Origin: an uncultured Verrucomicrobiota bacterium
GTDB taxonomy: Bacteria > Verrucomicrobiota > Verrucomicrobiia > Limisphaerales > UBA1100
Direction: 5' to 3'
NCBI GenBank assembly: GCA_902551155.1
Contig: CACDBG010000003.1
Span: forward strand, 12,887 to 76,886
DNA length: 64,000 bases
Positions 51,366 to 61,552 of the stretch are shown here, piece by piece. Below the pieces are notes generated by a model. It had not been told where the DNA came from. It saw only the letters and a program-made list of their open reading frames with translations, and did not search any database. Position numbers and translations under genes: made by a program. Position 1 is the stretch's first letter. Each line of letters opens with the position of its first letter.

Positions 51366-54300
51366 TTACTTGTTCATTAGGTAGGCGAAAAGATCGCTTA
51401 CTTGTTGATCGGTCAAGCCATCAGTGATTCCTTCTGGCATCAGTGATATTGGCATTGCTTTAAGTTCTTTAATTTCATCACGGGCTAAAGTGATATTGTT
51501 TTGTGCAAGATCGCGCAGAACAATGAATCTTGGAGCATTTTGGGCGATAAAACCGGTAAGACGCTGGTTGTCCTTAGTGACTACATTAAAGCCTGCGTAT
51601 TCTTCACGAATACCAAGGTTTGGGTCAACGACGGCTGGAACAATAAAACCCGGATTATTCAATTGGTACGCGTCTAGGTTTGGGCCAATGTTTCCACCTT
51701 TTCCTTTGAAACGATGGCAGGCGGAGCAGGCACTTATATAAATGATCTCTCCATCTTCAGCCTTACCTGAATTCTTAGCTATTAATCTATTGATATGGGA
51801 AATCCGTTTCTGGCGATTTTCACTGGTTTGCCGAAGTTTTCCCCAGTGTTTGCGTACTAGGGATGATATGGATTTATTTTTATGATTCTCCATTGCTAGT
51901 ACACTTGCTGCACGAAGGTCTTCTCTGTTAATGATTTTATTGTCAATTGCCTTGAGAAGGTCTAATGACCATTTGGGCCGACTAGTGAGAATATTTTGAG
52001 CGGTTTTGCGCTCGGATTGACTCATACCTTTCCATTTTGTGATAAAGGTAGTGCCTACAGAGGCGTTTTCAAATCGCTGTAAAGCGTTCATCAATTCTAT
52101 TCTTCGACTTCCGGGTTTCTCTTCTTTAAATTGATTTAAAAGCAACTTTAATGCGTTTTCGCTGCGACGTTCGGATAATAATATAGTAAGCGCACGCTTT
52201 TCTGATGCAGAGGTTTTAGGGTTGTTTACCATTTCAATCGCCTTCTCCATCCCTTGAGGTATTCCGAGGCGAACAGAGACGTTTATTAATTGGGAATTAA
52301 CGGGGCCAGTTTTCCAGAGATCTTGTATCTGCTTAATTAGATTAGCCGGTGCTTTTGCAATTCTGCTGCCTTGGAGCCCGCTTTCCATTCCAGCAATTAA
52401 TCGATGTTTATCTTTTGCTAGAGGTGCTAAGGGAAATAGGTTGCCGGCCATCTTTAGATTTTCAGCATTAGGTTCAGCTGTAAATCGCCTTGCAAGGCGT
52501 TCAGTTAGATGTTCCCGCATAATGGAGGTATTCCATAAAGATTTGTCTCTAAGTAGTTTAGATACCTCGTCCATATGGCTAGTAGCTTTGTCTTCTATTG
52601 CCCACCAAAGGAGTAACGGGATATGTTTATCTTTGGCATCTTCATCCCTATAGATAAGTCGTCTTAGGATTGGAAAGCTGTCTTCGGTTTTCCAGCGCTT
52701 GCACGATGCTGCAAGGCAACTGCGAACTTCCGGGTGGGCTTCATTAGATGCCAGATGCAGTAGTTTGCTATGAATCTTTTTATTCATTATGTGACTGTCA
52801 CCCAAGAACCTGATAGTCCAGAAACGAATGAACGGATGAGGGTGTTCCAGGGTCTGTTGTGCTAGTTCCGGTGTGAACCCATTGCAATTATTGATTGCCC
52901 AGAAGCATTCTAAAGCAAATTGTCCGGTTCCCTTAAGCATCAGGCTGGTTAATCGTGGGACGATGGATTTATTCCGACGGTCCCCGAGAATGCGCTGTGC
53001 TGTTTGTCGGTGCCATTTATTGGGGTGTTTTAGTGCATCAACTAATTGTTTATTAGTTAGTTTTCCTAGATCAGTCGGTTTGCTGGGTTTCGATCCTTTG
53101 GCAGACATCCGGTAGATGCGCCCGCTAGACTTATGCCAGGTATCGCGTGGGTCCAAATGGCTTAATCTGCTATCATACCAATCGGCGAAATATACCGCAC
53201 CGTCTGGTCCGGCTTTGGTGTCCACAATCCTGAACCACCGATCATCGGTGGTGATCATTGGCGGCTCATCGATCGTTTTAAAAGTTGAGGTGTCTGGGTA
53301 AAGTTTACTGGCTTGCACGCGGTTTACGAGTGCCATGCTGGCTATGATTTGTCCTTCATATCCCGGAAGTGCTCCTCCTTCATAGATAATCGTCGATTGG
53401 GCAAAACGGGGTTCGTAGCCTTCATGTTGCATGTGCTGGTAGAATCCAAAGGAGTAGGGGTTCATTAGGGGTCCATGTTTCCCCCAGTTTTTTATAAAGC
53501 GGCCGCCTTGTGGGTAGTGTACTCCTCTTGTGTTGCCGTGATTAGTGCCTGAAAAAGTGCGGCCTTGGCTGTCAAAATCCAGGCAATAAGTGTTACCTCC
53601 TCCTTCGGCAAATACCTCAAATCGTTTTGAGGGAGGGTGATAGCGCCAGATCGCTTGCCCTAGAAATTTAATCCCCTGAATTTCAGCGGTGCAAGTGCTT
53701 CCATGGGCGCCGTAAATCCAGCCATCAGGCCCCCAGCGTAGACTATTGGCTCCGGAGTGCGTGTCCTCAAGGCCGAATCCTTCTAGATGTACTTCCGGGA
53801 CGTCATCAGGGATGTCGTCGGCATTTTTGTCTGGATAAAACAGGAGATAGGGAGGCATTAAGATCCATGCGCCACCCCGACCAGTGATCACACTTCTAGC
53901 CATATTTAAACCATCGAGAAATGTTTTGTGTGAGTCGAAGATGCCATCTCCATTGGTGTCCTCGTGTATTGTGATTTTGTCTTTTCCTTTGAAGTGGTTT
54001 GGGGGCGGTGGAGGTGCTTTGTCAAAAACCGCTCGAAGGTATTTATCGTATTCAATAATCTTTAAGCCTGCTGGGAAGGGGTATTGAAGGTATTGGGTTA
54101 CCCACATTCGGCCTCGTTCATCAAAGTAGATATTTAGAGGTTGCGCTACGGCCGGTTCGTGTGCAACGACCTGCACAGTGAGGTTTTCCGATACTTTTAA
54201 TTTTTTGAGTGCTTCTTCAGGAGTTAAAGGGTTTGAACCATCATTTAGGGCTCCCCGTCCTTTGAAGTTTTTTACGAATGGTTTTAAAGGATCATTAAAT

Positions 54301-54374
54301 TTTTCTTTGGGTTCATCTGCCGCTATTAACGCCAGAGTGGCGCCAATAAAAATGATGAAAACAAAGTGGTGCAT
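51366..54374 (-). CDS. PVC-type heme-binding CxxCH protein (beta-propeller dehydrogenase-like domain, HEAT repeats, C-terminal cytochrome c)
   Basis: 1002 aa with a signal peptide. The N-terminal region is like a glucose/sorbosone-dehydrogenase propeller (GPDGWIY, GPDGAVYFADWYD). HEAT-like repeats occupy the middle. C-terminal CSACHRFKGKGG...MPEG is a mono-heme cytochrome c. Confidence 0.85.
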   Translation of the reverse strand: MHHFVFIIFIGATLALIAADEPKEKFNDPLKPFVKNFKGRGALNDGSNPLTPEEALKKLKVSENLTVQVVAHEPAVAQPLNIYFDERGRMWVTQYLQYPFPAGLKIIEYDKYLRAVFDKAPPPPPNHFKGKDKITIHEDTNGDGIFDSHKTFLDGLNMARSVITGRGGAWILMPPYLLFYPDKNADDIPDDVPEVHLEGFGLEDTHSGANSLRWGPDGWIYGAHGSTCTAEIQGIKFLGQAIWRYHPPSKRFEVFAEGGGNTYCLDFDSQGRTFSGTNHGNTRGVHYPQGGRFIKNWGKHGPLMNPYSFGFYQHMQHEGYEPRFAQSTIIYEGGALPGYEGQIIASMALVNRVQASKLYPDTSTFKTIDEPPMITTDDRWFRIVDTKAGPDGAVYFADWYDSRLSHLDPRDTWHKSSGRIYRMSAKGSKPSKPTDLGKLTNKQLVDALKHPNKWHRQTAQRILGDRRNKSIVPRLTSLMLKGTGQFALECFWAINNCNGFTPELAQQTLEHPHPFIRFWTIRFLGDSHIMNKKIHSKLLHLASNEAHPEVRSCLAASCKRWKTEDSFPILRRLIYRDEDAKDKHIPLLLWWAIEDKATSHMDEVSKLLRDKSLWNTSIMREHLTERLARRFTAEPNAENLKMAGNLFPLAPLAKDKHRLIAGMESGLQGSRIAKAPANLIKQIQDLWKTGPVNSQLINVSVRLGIPQGMEKAIEMVNNPKTSASEKRALTILLSERRSENALKLLLNQFKEEKPGSRRIELMNALQRFENASVGTTFITKWKGMSQSERKTAQNILTSRPKWSLDLLKAIDNKIINREDLRAASVLAMENHKNKSISSLVRKHWGKLRQTSENRQKRISHINRLIAKNSGKAEDGEIIYISACSACHRFKGKGGNIGPNLDAYQLNNPGFIVPAVVDPNLGIREEYAGFNVVTKDNQRLTGFIAQNAPRFIVLRDLAQNNITLARDEIKELKAMPISLMPEGITDGLTDQQVSDLFAYLMNK

Positions 54375-54404
54375 CTATTATTTTTACCCCACGCAATTGA
54401 CCGG

Positions 54405-55655
54405 TCAAAGAAATAAACCAGCTATACATGCGTTAGTGTAGCCTACTAGAATGCCTCCAGCCATGGCTCTCAAGCCTAGCTTAGCAAGGTCGCTGCGCCT
54501 GTCTGGTGCCAGAGTTCCAATGCCCCCAATTTGAATGGCGATGCTTGCGAAATTGGCAAATCCGCAAATGGCAAAAGTTGCCAAGGTGAAGCTCCGTGGG
54601 TCTATAGTTTCTTTTATTGATGAAATTTCTAGATAACCAATAAATTCCGTAAAAACTATCCGTTTTCCTAGTGCCTGTCCGATGGCTCCGCAGTCATTCC
54701 ATGGAACTCCCATTAGCCATGCAAAAGGGGCGTTTAGCCATCCGAGAATCATATCAAAGGTGACCGGGTTTGCAACACTGGCCCAGTTTTGGGGTAGGAT
54801 CAGTAGGTGGTTGAATAAAGCGATCACGGCTGTAAATCCAATTAACATAGCCAGTACGTTAATGGTGAGTTTCATTCCGTCACCAGCACCCTGACACATG
54901 GCGTCAAGTGAGTTTGTGGTTTTTCCTTTTACCTGCCGGGTTGTTCCATCGGCTGTCTCACTTTTTTCTGTTTCGGGGAGGAGTATCTTCGAAATATAAA
55001 GAGCAGTTGGTGCCGCCATAAAAGAGGCCGTAAGTAAATGGCCTGCTTCTATGCCCATACCGGCGTATACTGCGAATACTCCTCCGGCAATGGTCGCCAT
55101 GCCTCCCACCATCATGGTCATGAGCTCACTTCGAGTCATTCCTTGAAGGTAAGGTTGTATTACGAGTGGTGCTTCAGTTTGTCCCATAAATACATTTGCA
55201 GAGGCACATAAACTTTCGCTGCCGCTGGTGCGCATAATGCGTTGCATAATCCATGCCATTACACGGACAATGCGTTGAAGGACTCCCAGATGATAAAGTA
55301 AGCTGGAAAGAACTGCGACAATGATAATTGTTCCGCATATCGTAATCCCAAGTACCATTGAATTTGCTGCGTTAAATCCTGCATCAAGCAAAATCTCCCT
55401 TTTTGCTAAGGGGCCAAAAACCAGTTGTGTGCCTTGTTGGGCAAAATAGATAAGATTATCTGCGGCAATTTTGGCGTTGTGATATATCCAGTCTCTCAGA
55501 GGCGATGGGCGAACCATGATTAGTGCGATAAGTGTTTGCAGGCCTAAGCCGGCAAGAACGGTGCGCCATGGAAATTTTTCGCGTCCAACGGATATTCCCC
55601 ATGCAAACGCAATAAATGAGATAAGGCCAATTAGGCTCATCAGTTTTAATTCCAT
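54405..55655 (-). CDS. NupC/NupG-family concentrative nucleoside transporter
   Basis: 416 aa. VFMGQTEAPLVIQPYL, MTMMVGGMATIAGGV, FAICGFANFASIAIQIGG are CNT family signatures. Confidence 0.9.
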   Translation of the reverse strand: MELKLMSLIGLISFIAFAWGISVGREKFPWRTVLAGLGLQTLIALIMVRPSPLRDWIYHNAKIAADNLIYFAQQGTQLVFGPLAKREILLDAGFNAANSMVLGITICGTIIIVAVLSSLLYHLGVLQRIVRVMAWIMQRIMRTSGSESLCASANVFMGQTEAPLVIQPYLQGMTRSELMTMMVGGMATIAGGVFAVYAGMGIEAGHLLTASFMAAPTALYISKILLPETEKSETADGTTRQVKGKTTNSLDAMCQGAGDGMKLTINVLAMLIGFTAVIALFNHLLILPQNWASVANPVTFDMILGWLNAPFAWLMGVPWNDCGAIGQALGKRIVFTEFIGYLEISSIKETIDPRSFTLATFAICGFANFASIAIQIGGIGTLAPDRRSDLAKLGLRAMAGGILVGYTNACIAGLFL

Positions 55656-55736
55656 GTCTTTAGTTAGTGTAAAATTAGTTTGAGCTCAAGGCTCTCATTT
55701 ATCTCATTTTGTATTTAGCGTAAAGAGCTGCGACAT

Positions 55737-56705
55737 CTAATGGCTGTTTTCTTCTTTTGTCGTGTTGCTGGCTATTTTTTCAAGGATGAGTACAAGACCT
55801 GCGCCTGCTAGCATCATAAGAATTGCCAAAAGAAACATTTCATCGGGGAGGGGTAAGTGCCATTCGTATCCGGTTACCTTTTCTTTGCCGTTAAAGGCCT
55901 TTTTAATTTCCACTTTCCACGGCCATATCACTGCTAGTGATCCGATAATAAAGCCAGTTAAAAGTGCCATGGTTGTTGCTTTGAATTTTTCAAGTACGAT
56001 TGCCAAGATACGAGAGAATCCAAGGAGGCCAATAGCACAACCTCCAACAAATGGTAAAACAATGGGCAGGGAACTGTTGAGATTTCGTATATCGCTTACA
56101 GCTCCCAAAACCAGAGCATAATTGCCCATTAAGATAAGGATAAAAGACCCAGATATGCCGGGGAGTATCATGCTGGACATAGCGATTACACCGCATAAAA
56201 AAATATAAATGGGATTTGGGTTTTCCTGTAACGGTTCAATCAGGAGGATTGTGCTAGCAAGACCTATTCCTGCTATAGCGGCCAAGGTGCATATCCAATT
56301 CCATTTATTAATCTGTTTGTGAACTAGGTACACAGAGGCAAGGATCAGTCCGAAGAAAAATGACATCGTTAGAGTGAGGTGGTTGGTCAATAAATGATTC
56401 AGTGCTTTGGCTAATGTGAAAATACTTGCGAGAACACCAATGCCAACAGACGTAATAAAAGATCCATTAATTTTAGAGAAGAATCTGCTTAGCTGGCCTT
56501 TGAGTAAAAGTTTAATGGTTTTCCAGCCAAAAGATTTTAAAGAGTCAATAATTTCAGGATATATGCCGGTGATAAGCGCGATTGTTCCGCCTGATACTCC
56601 GGGGATCACGTTCGCAGCACCGATGGCCATTCCTCTAATAATTAGGCCTATCTTGCCTTTTAAGCTTATCGCTTTTGCTGCAGTGTTTTCTCTATTAGAA
56701 GCCAT
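55737..56705 (-). CDS. DUF368-family membrane protein (PopT-type undecaprenyl-phosphate translocase family)
   Basis: Duplicated signature: GAANVIPGVSGGTIALITGIY and SMILPGISGSFILILMGNY. Polytopic. Confidence 0.85.
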   Translation of the reverse strand: MASNRENTAAKAISLKGKIGLIIRGMAIGAANVIPGVSGGTIALITGIYPEIIDSLKSFGWKTIKLLLKGQLSRFFSKINGSFITSVGIGVLASIFTLAKALNHLLTNHLTLTMSFFFGLILASVYLVHKQINKWNWICTLAAIAGIGLASTILLIEPLQENPNPIYIFLCGVIAMSSMILPGISGSFILILMGNYALVLGAVSDIRNLNSSLPIVLPFVGGCAIGLLGFSRILAIVLEKFKATTMALLTGFIIGSLAVIWPWKVEIKKAFNGKEKVTGYEWHLPLPDEMFLLAILMMLAGAGLVLILEKIASNTTKEENSH

Positions 56706-56708
56706 TGG

Positions 56709-57851
56709 TTAGGCAGCCTGTCCTCCGCGATACACGCGTGGAACCCGGTAGGCGATGGCGGTGAGAATTTCGCAAGGGATTGTATTTGCCCACTTTGCAA
56801 GTTGATTAGCGGTGATGTTATGTTTTCCTTGTTTACCAATTAGCACGACTTCATCACCAGTTTTGGTGGTTTTAACACGAGATACATCTACTATCATTTG
56901 ATCCATCGTAATGTGGCCAAGTATGGGGCAAAGCCGTCCTCCAATTAGGACACGTGCTTCTCTTTGAGCACTGTAATGATAACCATCTCCATAACCGGCG
57001 GTTAGGGTAGCCACTCGCATGGTACGTTTTGAAGTGTAGGTTTGGCCATAGCTTAGCTTGGTTCCTTTTGCGATTGATTTTACTAGGCTCACGCGGCATT
57101 TCCAAGATAGAGCGGGTCGAATATGGCGCTTCATAATGGCGGGAGGTCTTCGTGGTCCAGTAGGCATTACTCCATAAACGAGTAACCCAGGCCTAGCCAG
57201 ATTATGGTTAGACTTTCGCTCATGGAGCAATCCAGCACTATTATTCATATGGATATATTCAAAGGAGCGGCCTGCGGCTTTTAGTTTGTTAAGCAGTTGA
57301 AGGAAAGATGTGCGTTGTGTGCGTGACAATGGTGCGTCGCTTTCTGCTGAAGCATAATGTGTGTAAAGCCCGGCAATGGTGATGTTAGGTAAATTAGAGA
57401 TGGACTCGATAAGTTGAGGAGCCTCACTGCACGGTGCTCCGAGTCGGCCCATGCCGGTATCCACTTTTATGTGGGCAGTGACTGTGCGTTTGAGTCTCTT
57501 TGCCACGCGGGAGAAATGGCGAGCTTCACTCATAGAAGATAAAGTGGGCATTACGTTATCTTTTATGGCTCGTTCGATTTCGTCAGGCAGGCACGCTCCC
57601 AGCATTAGAATGGGCCACCCGCGACCTACTGCTCGAATATCTCGCGCCTCATTCAGGTTCGCCACACCGAATATGTCTGTGCCTGACTGCATGAGCAGCG
57701 TCGCAATTTGGCGCAAGCCATGCCCGTAGGCATCGGCTTTTACTACGGTCATTATGCCGCTATTAGGGCCGATGTGGTGCCGGAGCCAAACAAGGTTGTT
57801 TCGCAGCGCTTCGAGGTCAATTTCCGCCCAGCATCGATGACTCAAACTCAC
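56709..57851 (-). CDS. alr: alanine racemase
   Basis: PLP lysine motif VVKADAYGHG, plus ...YGDGY... and the C-terminal CEILTAI..RVPRVY. Confidence 0.93.
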   Translation of the reverse strand: MSLSHRCWAEIDLEALRNNLVWLRHHIGPNSGIMTVVKADAYGHGLRQIATLLMQSGTDIFGVANLNEARDIRAVGRGWPILMLGACLPDEIERAIKDNVMPTLSSMSEARHFSRVAKRLKRTVTAHIKVDTGMGRLGAPCSEAPQLIESISNLPNITIAGLYTHYASAESDAPLSRTQRTSFLQLLNKLKAAGRSFEYIHMNNSAGLLHERKSNHNLARPGLLVYGVMPTGPRRPPAIMKRHIRPALSWKCRVSLVKSIAKGTKLSYGQTYTSKRTMRVATLTAGYGDGYHYSAQREARVLIGGRLCPILGHITMDQMIVDVSRVKTTKTGDEVVLIGKQGKHNITANQLAKWANTIPCEILTAIAYRVPRVYRGGQAA

Positions 57852-57896
57852 ACAGTAAATTGGCGTTGTTGATGTTTGTAATCAAGCGTGGGTCAT

Positions 57897-58520
57897 TCAC
57901 AGCCGACGAAAGGGAATAGATTTCACAAACTCGGTAGCTCGAAGGTATATGGGTTCTATCTCTTCGCCTAACTGAAAATTAGTCCGATTAGCTGCGAGTT
58001 GTGCAAGTTTGGCTACGTCAGGATAAAGTTGTGTGACTTTCGGGAGTTCTTTAATATCTGGCCCAAAAGCACTTAACTTGGTGGCCTCAATAGTGTCGAT
58101 AATACTCAAAGGTTTAACCTCGTTCTGGTTTTTTTCGGTTAGATTCCAAGTGCTATGGTAGTACTCCTGACGTTGAGCGTTAATGATAAAATCAGTCATC
58201 CCTATTTGTCCCTGAAAACGGGCAGTTGCCGCGAGAATCTCAGGACTGCTTATAGGCAATATTTTTATGTTTCGAGCAAGTTCCCAGCCTTGAGCGGTTG
58301 CTATGGCGGATCGGATTCCAGTGTAACTTCCCGGTCCAATGCTGAGGGTGATGGTTTCTATGATGGTGCGGTCAAGGCAGGCTTTGCGTAATGCCTCATC
58401 AATAAGGGATAAAGGGCTGGTTTTTAAGTTATCTGTATTGACAGTTGAGAGGATGTTTTCGTCTTCGGATACGGCGACACCTCTTTGATTGCTGCTGAAT
58501 TCAAGAGCCAAAATCTTCAT
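57897..58520 (-). CDS. tsaB: tRNA t6A37 biosynthesis protein TsaB
   Basis: MKILALEFSSNQRGVAV and GPGSYTGIRSAIATAQG. Overlaps tsaE upstream. Confidence 0.88.
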   Translation of the reverse strand: MKILALEFSSNQRGVAVSEDENILSTVNTDNLKTSPLSLIDEALRKACLDRTIIETITLSIGPGSYTGIRSAIATAQGWELARNIKILPISSPEILAATARFQGQIGMTDFIINAQRQEYYHSTWNLTEKNQNEVKPLSIIDTIEATKLSAFGPDIKELPKVTQLYPDVAKLAQLAANRTNFQLGEEIEPIYLRATEFVKSIPFRRL

Positions 58521-58923
58521 ATACAATTTGACGTTCGTTTTCTCCTGTTTGGGTGATGGTTACTGGATAGAAGTGAGTTGGATATGACCCGGTCCAACGG
58601 TCAATCCACTCTATTACTGTTATTCCCTCAGGGGTAAAATAGGGCTCGAGACCAGCTCTGATAATTTCTGAATCATCTTTTAAGCGGTAGAAATCTAAAT
58701 GATAAAGCGAAAGTTTAGCTTGGTATTCGGAGGCAAGGGTAAAGGTTGGAGAGGTAATCGTCTCCTCGATTCCCATACCTTTGGCTAGGCCTTTGACCAA
58801 TTGGGTTTTGCCTGCTCCCAAGTCACCTTTTAGGCCAATTACCCATCCTGACTTCACATGATTTGCCCATGATTTGCCGAGGTTATGCGTCTCTTCAGGG
58901 CTTTTGGATATGATCGTAACCAT
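58501..58923 (-). CDS. tsaE: tRNA t6A37 biosynthesis ATPase TsaE
   Basis: P-loop GDLGAGKTQLVKGLAKG, then SPTFTL...YHLDFYRL. Confidence 0.9.
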   Translation of the reverse strand: MVTIISKSPEETHNLGKSWANHVKSGWVIGLKGDLGAGKTQLVKGLAKGMGIEETITSPTFTLASEYQAKLSLYHLDFYRLKDDSEIIRAGLEPYFTPEGITVIEWIDRWTGSYPTHFYPVTITQTGENERQIVYEDFGS

Positions 58924-59815
58924 AAACGTTTAATGAGTGTCTTCCTTTGTCATCTTTGAGAATAATGCCTGGTTCTTCGGTGATTCTTCCAATGCACTTC
59001 AGGCTCAATTCGGGAAAGGTTTTTTTCCAGGAATCGTGTAGGCTGACTGCAAATTTAGGAGGTAGACTGAATAGCAACTCATAATCTTCACCGTCGGTTA
59101 ATGCGGCAAGTATGGGTGTTTTGCCGCTGGGATTATTTTGAGCAAGTTGTCGAGCTGTTTTACTTACGGGAAGAGAGTTGGTGTGAATTTCGGCTCCAAT
59201 TTCAGGGGTAAGGAGGCATCGGAGATCTGAGGCTAGTCCGTCACTTAGATCTATCATTGAGTGAATATCAAAATGCTTTGCTAACCATTGGCCCTGTTCA
59301 ACGCGTGGTTGGAACTGTAAATGGTGTTTTGTAATGGACCCGCCCAGTTCTCCGGTAACAAAGATAGCGTCTCCTGGTATGCTGCCGGATCGAGTGATCG
59401 CCTTTTCTGCTGTGCCTAATAAGGAAACCGATAAGGTAAAATTTGCCATTGTCGTGGTTTCGCCGCCGACGATATTAACATTATGATTTTCTGCGCACTT
59501 TTTTAAGCCTTCATATACTTTTTCAATATAACTAATTTTTATTTCAGGATTTGTTCCCAGAGTAATTAGACAGTGGGAAGGGGCGCCTCCCATGGCTGCT
59601 ATATCAGATAAGGCGCGAGCCAACGCCTTGTGGCCAACTTTATCAGGGGCTGCATTACTGTCGAAATGGATACCTTCCACTACGGCATCTGTCTTAAACA
59701 ATAATTCCCGGCTCCCAAATTTTAGAACCGCACAGTCATCACCCACACCCAACATTACTGTATCATCAGTATGCAGGTTTGCCGTTAGTGATCTAATGAG
59801 GTCTTTTTCAGTCAT
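58895..59815 (-). CDS. thiL: thiamine-monophosphate kinase
   Basis: GDDCAVL, DAVVEGIHF, ALSDIAAMGG, and NIVGGETT, an AIR-synthase-like fold. Confidence 0.9.
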   Translation of the reverse strand: MTEKDLIRSLTANLHTDDTVMLGVGDDCAVLKFGSRELLFKTDAVVEGIHFDSNAAPDKVGHKALARALSDIAAMGGAPSHCLITLGTNPEIKISYIEKVYEGLKKCAENHNVNIVGGETTTMANFTLSVSLLGTAEKAITRSGSIPGDAIFVTGELGGSITKHHLQFQPRVEQGQWLAKHFDIHSMIDLSDGLASDLRCLLTPEIGAEIHTNSLPVSKTARQLAQNNPSGKTPILAALTDGEDYELLFSLPPKFAVSLHDSWKKTFPELSLKCIGRITEEPGIILKDDKGRHSLNVYGYDHIQKP

Positions 59816-60729
59816 TAATTTATCATTTCTGGCAGTAATTTAATCATAGTAAAATTTACGGCATTAAAGGTGGCATGCACAAGAATGGGGGCAAAAATGG
59901 ATCCAGTTTTTTCATAAATCCAAATTAGCACAATCGCGAGTAATGTTAACGGTAGTATTAGCGCTAGTGAGCCATGGATTGAGGCAAAAAAAATAGCGCT
60001 AAAGCCTATTGCAAGGCCCGGATACCCTGCCTGTTTGATGGCTGTGTAGACAACTCCGCGAAAAAACAGTTCCTCGGCAATTGGGGCCAAGACCACTACG
60101 CTCAGAGCCTGAAGAATCAGTTCAGTTGAAGAACCGGAGGTGGATACCATTTTAACCGCTTCCTGCGTTGTGACTTCACCTCCGAGGGCGGTGATTATTA
60201 TTTGAGATATCAAGTTTAAGCTATATGCCGGAATAATGAACCCTAGGCCAATCAAGCAGGATAAGCTAATTGCCCACGGGCCATCTTTGAGTTTACCAAA
60301 TGCAGAATTCCAGTTTATGCGGTATCTGAATAGAAGAATGCCAATCAATATGACCATACTGCATTGAACAAAAATAATATTGATTATAATGATGCCCAGC
60401 CGGTCTCTCTCTGTTGTTTTAAGAATGACGTTATGTGTTTTATCTGATTTATACGGTGAGAGGATTATTGTCTTTCGATCTTGAGGTGCAAACTTGCCCT
60501 TGAAGGAAAATGTTCCATTCTCTGCGGGGCTCTTATATTTGTTGTTAGGTAGAAATTCAACCGAAAGAGTCTGGTTATCCTCGCGTCTTACAGAGTGAAG
60601 GCCTTCGACTTTTGGGGGGGCCAAAATGCCATAGGTCGTCTGCCCGATAAATAATGCAGCAATCCACACAAACAGTAATTGCATGACATCAATAGGGGTC
60701 CAAGGTACTCGTGGAGTCACAAAATCCAC
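59815..60729 (-). CDS. CPBP-family intramembrane glutamic endopeptidase (CAAX protease) with an extra N-terminal periplasmic segment
   Basis: Motif 1 APIAEELFFRG, motif 2 SIHG (FASIHGS), and motif 3 HATFN. TAATG coupling with thiL. Confidence 0.85.
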   Translation of the reverse strand: MDFVTPRVPWTPIDVMQLLFVWIAALFIGQTTYGILAPPKVEGLHSVRREDNQTLSVEFLPNNKYKSPAENGTFSFKGKFAPQDRKTIILSPYKSDKTHNVILKTTERDRLGIIIINIIFVQCSMVILIGILLFRYRINWNSAFGKLKDGPWAISLSCLIGLGFIIPAYSLNLISQIIITALGGEVTTQEAVKMVSTSGSSTELILQALSVVVLAPIAEELFFRGVVYTAIKQAGYPGLAIGFSAIFFASIHGSLALILPLTLLAIVLIWIYEKTGSIFAPILVHATFNAVNFTMIKLLPEMIN

Positions 60730-60817
60730 ATTAGGTAAAGCTAACCATTCTGACGATGAAAAATCATTTTCGCTTATTCATTGCTCCCCGAAATGAGGGC
60801 GGTTAAGCTTGTTTCAC

Positions 60818-61552
60818 ATGAGTAACACTTATCAGCGTCAAGATAATCGAGCGGTAAATGAACTGCGTAATATTTCCTTTCAAAATAATATTGCTCCTTA
60901 TGCGACAGGATCTACGTTGATTGAATGGGGTGATACGCGAGTCATATGCGGTGTCAGTGTTGAGGAAAGTGTGCCGCGGTGGATGCAGGATCAAGATGGA
61001 GGCTGGATTACAGCAGAATATTCAATGCTTCCATATTCTACTCTGGATAGGAAAAAAAGAGATGTTAACAGGGGTAAGCTTGACGGGCGGTCTACCGAAA
61101 TTCAGCGTTTGATAGGTCGTTCTATGAGATCAGCCATTGATCTTAAGAAAGTTGGGAGCAAAACCTTTTGGATTGACTGTGATGTGTTACAGGCCGATGG
61201 AGGAACTCGGACCGCTTCCATTACCGGTGCATATGTTGCCATGGGTTTAGCGGTTAACAAAATGATTGCCGAAGGGAAGTTGGAGGAAAATCCTTTTCTC
61301 GACCCAGTTGCTGCAGTGAGCGTTGGTATCGTTGAAGGTGCAGCTTTGTTGGATCTCTGTTATGTGGAAGATGTTGCCGCAGAGGTAGACATGAATCTGG
61401 TTATGACTACTACTGGGCAGTATATCGAAATACAGGGGACCGGTGAAGAGGCAACATTTAGCCCTGATCAACTTAGCGCCCTACTGGATCTCGGCCGTGA
61501 GGGTGTGGATTTGCTGGGTAGTTTGCAGAAAGATGCAATTAGCCGAGGGTGA
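60818..61552 (+). CDS. rph: ribonuclease PH
   Basis: RQDNRAVNELR, GSTLIEWGDTRVIC, GRSTEIQRLIGRS, DCDVLQADGGTRTASITGA. Confidence 0.95.
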   Translation: MSNTYQRQDNRAVNELRNISFQNNIAPYATGSTLIEWGDTRVICGVSVEESVPRWMQDQDGGWITAEYSMLPYSTLDRKKRDVNRGKLDGRSTEIQRLIGRSMRSAIDLKKVGSKTFWIDCDVLQADGGTRTASITGAYVAMGLAVNKMIAEGKLEENPFLDPVAAVSVGIVEGAALLDLCYVEDVAAEVDMNLVMTTTGQYIEIQGTGEEATFSPDQLSALLDLGREGVDLLGSLQKDAISRG

